Source: Desulfobacterales bacterium (GTDB lineage: Bacteria > Desulfobacterota > Desulfobacteria > Desulfobacterales > JADGBH01). From it: a DNA stretch of 64,000 nt. Shown here piece by piece: positions 55,833-64,000 of this stretch. The translations under genes were made by a program, and so were the position numbers. The notes under the pieces were generated by a model that was not told the DNA's origin, searched no databases, and saw only the letters and a program-made list of their open reading frames with translations. The stretch spans positions 78,900 through 142,899 of the forward strand of contig JADGBH010000001.1 of assembly GCA_015231595.1 (NCBI GenBank). The letters are read 5' to 3'. Numbering within the stretch: the stretch's first letter is position 1; each line of letters begins with the position of its first letter.

Positions 55833-57453
55833 CTTTATTTATTTTCCCAACGCCTGTTTTTGGTATAAAGTCAACTATGTAAAGTTTGCTTGGTATTCCA
55901 TATTTAGGAATAAGCCCTTCGTCAACAAATTTATTATAAAATTCTTTAAGTTCCTCACTCGTTACTTTACCTTTATATTCCTCTTTTAATACTACTAATA
56001 AAACAGGCCTTTCTCCCCATTTTTCATCTTTGACTCCAATAGCAGCAGATTCGCTGACTGCTTTGTGCTGGCTTATTATATCTTCTAAACTAATGGAAGA
56101 AACCCATTCTCCTCCTGATTTTATTACATCTTTGATTCTGTCAGTGATTTGAATATAGCCTTCAGTATCAATAGTTCCTACATCTCCTGTATGAAGCCAT
56201 CCACCTCTCCATAATTCTTCGCTCTTTTCTGGTTCTTTAAGATAGCCTTGCGTTAACCAAGGACTTCTGGCAATTATTTCGCCTGAGCTGGATCCGTCAT
56301 GGGGAAGGTCATTTCCATCCATATCTACAATTCTAATATCAACCATTGGAGCTGGAAGGCCTGTTTTACACCTTACATCAACCTGCTTATCCATATCCCA
56401 ATCAAGCATATGGGGTTTTAAGTTTGCAACAGAAAGAAGAGGACAGGTTTCAGACATTCCATAAGCTGTATAAATATTGATGCCATGTTCTAATGCAGCT
56501 TTGCATAAACCTTTAGGCAAAGCTGAACCTCCAATGACAACCTTCCATCCTGAAAGATTAACTTTTTTTATAGCAGGGCTATTCACAAGCATATGCATTA
56601 TAGTAGGAACACAATGGGAAAAAGTTACTTTTTCAGATAATATAAGCTTTAATAAAGTTTCAGGCTCATATCTTCCAGGATAGACTTGTTTTGCCCCTAA
56701 CAATGTAAACAAATAAGGCATCCCCCATGCATGGACATGAAACATAGGAGTAATAGGCATATAAACATCACTTGAATTTATCATTGATTGAGTTTTATAA
56801 ACGCAAAGACCGGACATAAGTCCATAAGTATGGAGAACTATCTGCCTATGACTAAAAAACACACCTTTAGGAAGACCTGTTGTTCCTGTAGTATAAAATG
56901 TTGTCGCCATAGCATTTTCATTAAAGTCAGGGAAAGTATATTCTTCAGAAGCGTCTGCTAAAATACTTTCATATTCACCATGAATCTCAAGGCTTGTTGT
57001 AGGCATAGTTGGAGAATCAGTCAGGAGTATTATCTTTTTAACTGAAGTAAATTTATCTTTTATACTTTCAAGAACAGGTATAAAATCAGAGTTTACAAGT
57101 AAAATATCATCTTCTGCATGATTAATGGTATATAATATTTGTTCTGGTGAAAGCCTTATATTTATGGTATGAAGCACTGCTCCCATCATTGGGACTGCAA
57201 AAAAATTTTCAAGATATCTATGACTATCCCAGTCCATAACAGCTACTGTGCTTCCTTGCTTTACTCCTATTTTTTCAAGGGCTGACGCAAGTTTATTTAC
57301 TCTTTTAAATAAGGTTTCATAGTCATATCTAATCTTGTCTCTATATATTATTTCTTGCTTTGGGGAATATATAAGAGGCGTTTTTAATAAATTTTTTATT
57401 AACAATGGGAAATTGAAAGCTGAATTTGTTGGTTCAATTAGACGGATACTCAT
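55807..57453 (-). CDS. AMP-dependent acyl-CoA synthetase (fatty-acid--CoA ligase family)
   Basis: AMP-binding motif YTTGTTGLPKGV, YGMSE, GWLHTGD, and a C-terminal GKI.K. The start was moved to ATG 57453 (MSIRL), preceded by AGGAAG. Confidence 0.9.
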   Translation of the reverse strand: MSIRLIEPTNSAFNFPLLIKNLLKTPLIYSPKQEIIYRDKIRYDYETLFKRVNKLASALEKIGVKQGSTVAVMDWDSHRYLENFFAVPMMGAVLHTINIRLSPEQILYTINHAEDDILLVNSDFIPVLESIKDKFTSVKKIILLTDSPTMPTTSLEIHGEYESILADASEEYTFPDFNENAMATTFYTTGTTGLPKGVFFSHRQIVLHTYGLMSGLCVYKTQSMINSSDVYMPITPMFHVHAWGMPYLFTLLGAKQVYPGRYEPETLLKLILSEKVTFSHCVPTIMHMLVNSPAIKKVNLSGWKVVIGGSALPKGLCKAALEHGINIYTAYGMSETCPLLSVANLKPHMLDWDMDKQVDVRCKTGLPAPMVDIRIVDMDGNDLPHDGSSSGEIIARSPWLTQGYLKEPEKSEELWRGGWLHTGDVGTIDTEGYIQITDRIKDVIKSGGEWVSSISLEDIISQHKAVSESAAIGVKDEKWGERPVLLVVLKEEYKGKVTSEELKEFYNKFVDEGLIPKYGIPSKLYIVDFIPKTGVGKINKVEIRRQYR

Positions 57454-57650
57454 GTTTGCTCTTCCTTTCATTTTTTTAGATTATAAAATTATTTTTAAAA
57501 TTAAAATAAATTGCCTATTGACATAAATATTTTATTAATTAATCTTGTTAAACTTTTTTATATTTTTTAAAATTCTTTTTTCAAGATTGAATTTAAATAA
57601 AATAAAAAAAACCATATCCTACTCAAAAAAATATTAAAAGGAAAATAATT

Positions 57651-58169
57651 ATGAAACAAAAATATTTAATAACAAAAAATGATTTTAATACAGAGTACTA
57701 TATAAAAGAACTCAGTGAGCTTGAAAAAGAAAACTATGGACTCATAGCTGAAGAATCCTATGATGTGGAATCTCTATCAAATGCAATTAATCAAGGAAAA
57801 GAATCTACGATAAATAGAATAAGAACTTTAAATTTTTATCCTCCTTTCCATTGCGCTGAAAAAATTGCGGATGCAATCATAGAATTATTTAAATCTGAAA
57901 GCCAAAAACTATCTGAAGTTTTTATTGATGATGGGGAACTTATAGCAAGATATAGAGAAATTCTTGGTATAGAGGCTGAAATAAAAGAAACAATTGGAGC
58001 TGCTCTATATGAGGATGAAGCTGCTCCAGAATTTGATGAAATACTTGCAGGCGAGATAGATGAAGAAAATTATGTTGAACCTGATGAAATTTCAGATATT
58101 TCTCCTTCCTCACCCCTATCAACAAAAATAGCTGATGAAGATGCACTGGATGTTGATGGCGAAGAATAA
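57651..58169 (+). CDS. Hypothetical acidic protein
   Basis: 172-aa ORF with AAAGGAAAA upstream and a strongly acidic, probably disordered C-terminal half. No recognisable domain. Confidence 0.5.
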   Translation: MKQKYLITKNDFNTEYYIKELSELEKENYGLIAEESYDVESLSNAINQGKESTINRIRTLNFYPPFHCAEKIADAIIELFKSESQKLSEVFIDDGELIARYREILGIEAEIKETIGAALYEDEAAPEFDEILAGEIDEENYVEPDEISDISPSSPLSTKIADEDALDVDGEE

Positions 58170-58197
58170 TTTATATCTATAAAAAAACGGAAAATTT

Positions 58198-59853
58198 ATG
58201 AAACAATTATTACAAAATATGATTTTTGATTCTATACGAAAAGCATACGGAAATATTTCGTATAATACTAATAAAGTCGAAATATTTGAAAATAAAGTAA
58301 AAGCCCATGGAGATTTTTCTACTAATATTGCTATGATACTTGCTTCAGCAAAAAAAATGCCCCCAAGAAAAATAGCTGATGATATTATAAAAAATTTAGA
58401 TGATAAGGATAAAGTGATTGAAAAAATTGAAATAGCAGGCCCAGGCTTTATAAATTTCTTTTTTTTACAAACATCCTTTTATCCTGTTTTAAGTAAAATC
58501 CATGATGAAGATTTAAAATATGGTGCATCAAATATTGGAAACGGAAAAAAAATACAGGTAGAATTTGTTAGCGCTAATCCTACTGGACCTTTGCACGTAG
58601 GACATGGTAGAGGCGCAGTTGTAGGAGATACAATAGCCAATATACTTTCTTTTGTCGGCTATAATGTTACAAAAGAATATTATATAAACGATTCAGGCAG
58701 GCAGATAGACACTTTAGGAAGATCTGTATTTTTAAGATATAAAGAACTTTTAGGAGAAAAAATTGATCTACCTGAAAATTACTATCAAGGTGAATATATA
58801 ATCTCTATAGCAAAAAGCATAATCAACCTAAAAAACGATGAGATTCTTAATAAAGAAGAAAAATCAGCTGTAATGTTTTGTGCTAAATTCGCGGCTGATG
58901 ATATCCTTAATGGTATAAACAAAGATTTAATAGATTTCGGAGTGAATTTTGATGTATGGTATAGTGAACAAAGTCTTTATGATTCATCAAAAGTTGATGA
59001 GTCCATAAACAAATTTAAAACACAGAATTTAATATATGAAAAAGATGGCGCATTATGGTTTAAAACAGCTGAATACGGCGATGAAAAAGACAGAGTCGTA
59101 GTAAGAAGCAACGGACAAACTACTTATTTCGCATCTGATATAGCCTATCATATTGATAAATTTAACAGGGGTTTTGACAAGGTCATTGATGTATGGGGGG
59201 CAGATCACCATGGATATATTCCAAGAATTTCATCTTTTCTTAAAGCCTGTGATATTGAAGAATCAAGGTTTAACGTCGTTCTTATTCATCTTGTTAATCT
59301 TCTTAGGGATAAACAACCAGTTGCCATGTCAACGCGGACTGGAGAATTTGTTACATTAAAAGAAGTAGTTGATGAAGTAGGCTGTGATGCCGCAAGATTT
59401 ATATTTCTTACGCGCCATTATGAAAGTCCCCTTGATTTTGATATTGAATTAGCAAAGAAAAAAACTAATGATAATCCTGTATATTATGTTCAATATGTTC
59501 ATGCAAGAATATCAAGTATTATCAGAAAAGGAAAAGAAGAAAAAAATATAAGTTTAGACTTAAATAAAAATAATTTAGAGCTTTTAAAAGAGCCTGAAGA
59601 AATTGAAATAATAAAGCTGTTATCGAAATATCCTGAAATTGTTGCATCAAGCGCAGAATATCTTGAACCCCATAGAATTACCTATTATCTTATTGACCTT
59701 GCATCAAATTTTCATGCTTACTATAATAAGCATAAAGTATTAACTGATGAAGAACAATTAACTAAAAGCCGTATTTACTTAATTCAGGCAGTCCAAAAAG
59801 TAATTCGCAATGGCCTTAATTTATTAGGTGTCTCTGCCCCTGAAAAGATGTAA
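58198..59853 (+). CDS. argS: Arginyl-tRNA synthetase
   Basis: SANPTGPLHVGHGRG (HIGH), the MSTRTGE (KMSK-equivalent) region and a DALR anticodon-binding C-terminus. Confidence 0.95.
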   Translation: MKQLLQNMIFDSIRKAYGNISYNTNKVEIFENKVKAHGDFSTNIAMILASAKKMPPRKIADDIIKNLDDKDKVIEKIEIAGPGFINFFFLQTSFYPVLSKIHDEDLKYGASNIGNGKKIQVEFVSANPTGPLHVGHGRGAVVGDTIANILSFVGYNVTKEYYINDSGRQIDTLGRSVFLRYKELLGEKIDLPENYYQGEYIISIAKSIINLKNDEILNKEEKSAVMFCAKFAADDILNGINKDLIDFGVNFDVWYSEQSLYDSSKVDESINKFKTQNLIYEKDGALWFKTAEYGDEKDRVVVRSNGQTTYFASDIAYHIDKFNRGFDKVIDVWGADHHGYIPRISSFLKACDIEESRFNVVLIHLVNLLRDKQPVAMSTRTGEFVTLKEVVDEVGCDAARFIFLTRHYESPLDFDIELAKKKTNDNPVYYVQYVHARISSIIRKGKEEKNISLDLNKNNLELLKEPEEIEIIKLLSKYPEIVASSAEYLEPHRITYYLIDLASNFHAYYNKHKVLTDEEQLTKSRIYLIQAVQKVIRNGLNLLGVSAPEKM

Positions 59854-59868
59854 TATAATATAATAATA

Positions 59869-60582
59869 ATGAAAAAAGAAAAAAAAACTGAACCTCCAAA
59901 AAAAATATCTGAAAAAAAAGAGCCAAATATTTTTATAAAGCATATATCTATATTCTTTATATGCTCATGGATTTTTTTTGTTGGAGTTTTAGTTGGGCGG
60001 GGGTTTTCACCCGTTAAATTCGATATAAATAGACTTAGACAAGATTTAATAACTCTTCAAAAGAAAATGCTCGAATCTGAACATAGTCAAATGAAATCAG
60101 AAAAAGATTCGGAAATACCAAATAATATTGATTTCTATGAAGAGTTAAAAAAAACAGAAACAGAGACAAGTATAAAAACAGATATTCCTATTCAAAAAAG
60201 AAAACCTATTTCAGCAGAAGATGTATTAAAAAAAGAAGAAAAACCGTCTGAAAAAATCGATAAGGCTGAAAAACCTGAAAAAATAGATATCAAAAAAAAT
60301 ACATCTGTTGAATTGAATAACAAAATAAACGAAAAAGCTATTGATAAAAAAATTTATGCTGTTCAAATAGCGTCAGTGAATGATTCTGATGCCGCTGATA
60401 AGCTTATTGAAAAACTTAAAAAAAAAGGTTATTCTGCTTACCGTATAGAAGCAAAATCGGATAATAAAACATGGTATAGAGTAAGAATAGGCCCTTTTGA
60501 AGATAAAATGGATGCAGAAAAAAATTTTAATTCTCTTAAAGATGATAAATATAATCCATTATTAATAACTATAACAAAATAG
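59869..60582 (+). CDS. SPOR-domain peptidoglycan-binding protein (FtsN-like architecture)
   Basis: Basic N-terminus, a TM, a Lys/Glu-rich linker and a C-terminal SPOR domain (YAVQIASVNDSDAADKLIEKLKKKGYSAYRIE..WYRVRIGPFEDKMDAE). Confidence 0.85.
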   Translation: MKKEKKTEPPKKISEKKEPNIFIKHISIFFICSWIFFVGVLVGRGFSPVKFDINRLRQDLITLQKKMLESEHSQMKSEKDSEIPNNIDFYEELKKTETETSIKTDIPIQKRKPISAEDVLKKEEKPSEKIDKAEKPEKIDIKKNTSVELNNKINEKAIDKKIYAVQIASVNDSDAADKLIEKLKKKGYSAYRIEAKSDNKTWYRVRIGPFEDKMDAEKNFNSLKDDKYNPLLITITK

Positions 60583-60611
60583 GCATTACTTTTATGGAGA
60601 TCCTCACAAAA

Positions 60612-60899
60612 ATGAAAATTACAAAAAATGAAGTAATTAATGTATCAAAGCTTGCAAGGCTTGATTTATCGACTGAATTGATAGATAAATTTGCCGATCA
60701 AGTTGGAAACATATTAGATTACGTTGATACCCTTAAACAGGTAGATACAACTAATATTTCTCCAACTTCTCATTCTATTTTTCTCATTAATGCTTTTAGA
60801 GACGATATACAGCATGACCATTTAGATAGAACATTAGCATTAAAAAATGCTCCCCAAGAAGAAGATGGATATTTTGTTGTTCCGAAAATAATAAACTAA
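60612..60899 (+). CDS. gatC: Asp/Glu-tRNA amidotransferase subunit C
   Basis: MKITKNEVINVSKLARLDL is a typical GatC start. The track ATG at 60594 is possible but has no RBS. Confidence 0.85.
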   Translation: MKITKNEVINVSKLARLDLSTELIDKFADQVGNILDYVDTLKQVDTTNISPTSHSIFLINAFRDDIQHDHLDRTLALKNAPQEEDGYFVVPKIIN

Positions 60900-60953
60900 T
60901 GATGAAATTAACTCTGACAGAATGATAATAATGCAAAAGGACGAATTATTTTT

Positions 60954-62417
60954 ATGAAACTATATGATCTTACAATACATGAAGCCCATAAGCTCCTTTT
61001 AGATAAAAAAATATCATCAAAAGAAATTACTAAAGCTGTAATTGATCGTATTAAAAAAGTTGAAGGTAAAATAGATGCTTATCTTACAATATCTGAAGAG
61101 GAAGCTTTCTCTCAAGCAGAAATTGCTGATAAACGAATATCTGAAGGAAATAATATTACTACAATTACTGGAATTCCTTTATCAATAAAAGATGTTTTAT
61201 GCACAAAAAATATAAGAACTACTTGCGCATCAAAAATTCTTGAAAATTTTATCCCTCCTTATGATGCTACAGTGATACAGAAACTTAAGCAAGCGGGTGC
61301 TGTTATTGTCGGCAAAGTTAATATGGATGAATTTGCTATGGGCTCATCCACAGAAAATTCAGCATTTAAAATAACAAAAAATCCTTGGAACTTAAAAAAA
61401 ATACCAGGAGGATCGAGTGGCGGTTCCGCCGCATCAGTTGCTGCTGACATGTGCATTGCATCATTAGGCTCAGATACTGGAGGTTCAATCAGGCAGCCAG
61501 CTTCCCACTGTGGAGTTGTAGGTATGAAACCAACTTATGGCAGAGTATCAAGATTTGGATTAGTGGCTTTTGCATCGTCCCTTGACCAAGTAGGCCCTTT
61601 AACTAAGGATGTTACAGATTGCGCGCTTCTTATGAATTACATTTCTGGCTATGACAATAGAGACTCAACATCTGTGCCAAAAGATGTGCCTGATTATAGT
61701 TTATCATTAACCGAAGGACTTTCAGGACTTACTATTGGAATTCCAAAAGAATATTGCGCTACAGAAGGAATATCAAGCGATGTAATGGAGGCTTTTAATA
61801 CTTCAGTTGAAACTATAAAAAAACTTGGAGCTAAATGTATTGATATTTCTCTTCCCCATACAAAATACGGAGTTGCAACCTATTACGTTATAGCTCCTTC
61901 GGAAGCAAGTTCTAATCTTGCACGATATGACGGTGTAAAATACGGTTATAGGGATAAAGAACAAACAGATATTATTGAAATGTTTAAATCTACCCGTTCT
62001 AAAGGATTTGGATCTGAAGTTCAAAGAAGAATTATAATAGGAACTTATGCTTTATCATCAGGATATTATGATGCCTATTATGGAAAAGCGTCCCAAGTAC
62101 GAACACTTATAATAGAAGATTTTAAAAAGGCTTTTCAATCCTGTGATGCTATCATTTCTCCTGTTTCACCAACACCTGCTTTTGATATAGGTTCGGTATC
62201 AGATGACCCTCTGACTATGTATTTATCAGATATATTTACAATTTCGGCTAATTTAGCTGGGATTCCTGGCATTTCAATTCCATGCGGTTTTTCAAAAGAC
62301 AGCTTGCCAATAGGGCTACAAATAATGGGAACACATTTTAACGAAGAAATGATTTTAAAAATAGCTTTTAATTTTGAAAAAACAACAAATTTTCACAAAC
62401 AAAAACCAAATTTATAA
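60954..62417 (+). CDS. gatA: Asp/Glu-tRNA amidotransferase subunit A
   Basis: Amidase signature [13 protein letters not shown] and [11 protein letters not shown]. Confidence 0.95.
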   Translation: MKLYDLTIHEAHKLLLDKKISSKEITKAVIDRIKKVEGKIDAYLTISEEEAFSQAEIADKRISEGNNITTITGIPLSIKDVLCTKNIRTTCASKILENFIPPYDATVIQKLKQAGAVIVGKVNMDEFAMGSSTENSAFKITKNPWNLKKIPGGSSGGSAASVAADMCIASLGSDTGGSIRQPASHCGVVGMKPTYGRVSRFGLVAFASSLDQVGPLTKDVTDCALLMNYISGYDNRDSTSVPKDVPDYSLSLTEGLSGLTIGIPKEYCATEGISSDVMEAFNTSVETIKKLGAKCIDISLPHTKYGVATYYVIAPSEASSNLARYDGVKYGYRDKEQTDIIEMFKSTRSKGFGSEVQRRIIIGTYALSSGYYDAYYGKASQVRTLIIEDFKKAFQSCDAIISPVSPTPAFDIGSVSDDPLTMYLSDIFTISANLAGIPGISIPCGFSKDSLPIGLQIMGTHFNEEMILKIAFNFEKTTNFHKQKPNL

Positions 62418-62438
62418 TTAAAAAAATAAGGAGATATC

Positions 62439-62630
62439 ATGACTCAAGGAGTACAAGAAGGTGAAGCTATAAGAAAAGCAATAAAACGGGTAAGTGAACA
62501 AAGACTGTGTAATCCTAATATATCAATAATGACTTGCGTTGACAAAGCTTGTCTCGAACTTAACCTCGCTCCAAAAGACGCAGAGTTTTTATATAGAGTT
62601 TTTTCTGAACAAAACTCAAAATCGGAATAA
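62439..62630 (+). CDS. Small hypothetical protein (63 aa)
   Basis: Strong RBS AAGGAG 6 nt upstream of the ATG. Tightly packed between gatA and mutL. No recognisable motif. Confidence 0.5.
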   Translation: MTQGVQEGEAIRKAIKRVSEQRLCNPNISIMTCVDKACLELNLAPKDAEFLYRVFSEQNSKSE

Positions 62631-62641
62631 AACTTTTAAAA

Positions 62642-64000
62642 ATGATAAAAATTCTTCCAGATATATTAGCAAATAAAATCGCAGCAGGTGAAGTAGTCGA
62701 AAGGCCTTCATCTGTTGTAAAAGAATTACTAGAAAATTCTATTGACGCTGAAAGCTCAAAAATAATAATCGAAGCTGAACAAGGCGGAAGGTCGCTTATT
62801 CAAATTGCGGATGATGGAATCGGAATGAACCGTGATGATGCCCTTCTTTCAATTGAGCGCCACGCTACAAGCAAACTATTCAATGATGACGACCTTTTTG
62901 GCATAAAAACTTTAGGTTTTAGAGGGGAAGCTCTCCCAAGTATAGCTGCTGTTTCTATATTTACAATGATAACTAAAGATACCGATTCTCAGACAGGCAT
63001 AAAAATAGAAATCAGCGGAGGAAAAATATTCAATGTTTCGGAAATTGGCGCTCCAAAAGGCACATTAATAAGTATAAAAGATATTTTTTTTAATGTTCCT
63101 GCAAGAAAAAAATTTTTAAAAACAATAAATACAGAGTTAGGCCGAATTTTAGATATTATTTCCAGCACAGCCATTAGTTTTCCATCAATTCAATTCAAAT
63201 TCATTCACAATGGAAAGGAAGTAAAAAATTTTTTAAAAGCTCAAAATCCTCTTGAAAGAATTACGGATGTTCTTGGTAATGATGTAAAAAATAATCTTCA
63301 TCCAATTAATATAATGTCTAATGATATTTCCGTTTCAGGATGGATAGCTTCTCCAGAATTAAGCAGAAGCACATCAGATGGAATATATCTCTACATAAAT
63401 GAAAGATCTATTAGGGATAAAATAATACAAAAAGCTATTTTTGAAGGTTACGATGGAAGATTGATGAAAGGCAGATACCCTGTTGCTGTTGTTTTTATTA
63501 AAATGCCTTATGATAAAGTTGATGTCAATGTACATCCGGCAAAGAGTGAAGTCAGGTTTGCTTCACAGCATTTAGTTTATGATGCTGTAAAAAACGCAGT
63601 CAATAAAGTATTTCAAAAAATTAATGTCCCAAAATGGACACCACCTGATATTCATTATGATGAACCAAAACGACCTAAAATTAATACTCCTGTATTTTTT
63701 CCTGAAAAAAAAGTAGCTGAAGATTATTTTCCATACGAATCAAAATTAAAAGAGCATTTTGAAGCGGAATTTAAAACAGAGATCAAAACAAAACCTGAAA
63801 CAATTCCCGAAACAAGACGCGACAATCAAGTTAATGAGCAAAATACTACAATCGACAAAGCTAATTCCTATGAGCAAACGACATTAGGGGAAAAAAAAGG
63901 AAAATTTTCATCTTTACGACTAATAGGACAATTCAATAATACTTATATTTTATGCGAATCTGACGAAGGTTTAATCATAATTGACCAGCACGCATCCCAT
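62642..64000 (+). CDS. mutL: DNA mismatch repair protein MutL, N-terminal part. The gene runs off the right edge of the window.
   Basis: Manual translation from ATG 62642 gives MIKILPDILANKIAAGEVVERPSSVVKELLENSIDA..IADDGIGM..RHATSKL (GHKL ATPase motifs). The frame is still open at 64000. Confidence 0.93.
   Translation, partial: MIKILPDILANKIAAGEVVERPSSVVKELLENSIDAESSKIIIEAEQGGRSLIQIADDGIGMNRDDALLSIERHATSKLFNDDDLFGIKTLGFRGEALPSIAAVSIFTMITKDTDSQTGIKIEISGGKIFNVSEIGAPKGTLISIKDIFFNVPARKKFLKTINTELGRILDIISSTAISFPSIQFKFIHNGKEVKNFLKAQNPLERITDVLGNDVKNNLHPINIMSNDISVSGWIASPELSRSTSDGIYLYINERSIRDKIIQKAIFEGYDGRLMKGRYPVAVVFIKMPYDKVDVNVHPAKSEVRFASQHLVYDAVKNAVNKVFQKINVPKWTPPDIHYDEPKRPKINTPVFFPEKKVAEDYFPYESKLKEHFEAEFKTEIKTKPETIPETRRDNQVNEQNTTIDKANSYEQTTLGEKKGKFSSLRLIGQFNNTYILCESDEGLIIIDQHASH

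Overview
This is an AT-rich chromosomal segment, about 30% G+C by eye, from a Gram-negative bacterium. Gene content and synteny include hemA next to a ccsA/hemX-like gene, a zur-znuABC operon, pilMNOPQ, mlaEFD, lptD, a tmk / holB-PSP1-metG block, cheD-R-A-Y-B, priA, argS, gatCA and mutL. This looks like a Desulfobacterota (deltaproteobacterial) genome, but the taxon cannot be proven from this window. I support about 50 CDS in eight alternating strand blocks. I saw no rRNA, tRNA, CRISPR array, intact IS or prophage. Most of the window is housekeeping. Eight things deserve a second look. (1) One ORF fuses an apparently intact PLP-dependent cysteine-synthase domain to a complete CysRS scaffold. 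The HIGH and KMSKS motifs of that scaffold are replaced (NPGE, LIPDE) while the Zn/cysteine-pocket residues are kept. (2) A single-gene G+C-rich island encodes a DUF3494 (ice-binding-like) secreted protein, and the compositional borders coincide with the ORF. (3) A CheA carries a tandem MshEN/T2SSE_N-like motif, a possible c-di-GMP binding module, where the P2 domain normally sits. (4) A 1250-aa GlmS-like amidotransferase has a leader, a large insertion and a C-terminal extension. It sits in a glycan-type cluster with 2 GT2, rmlA, a PfkB kinase, a metallophosphatase and a PBP-like protein. (5) A 1448-aa Ig-repeat lipoprotein lies directly downstream of pilQ. (6) A 261-bp MITE-like element has 23-bp terminal inverted repeats. 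(7) A GT2 gene encodes its conserved N-terminus upstream of any ATG/GTG/TTG. (8) A short intergenic motif recurs next to AT-rich perfect palindromes. All domain calls come from motif recognition by eye in the supplied translations. No database search was possible.
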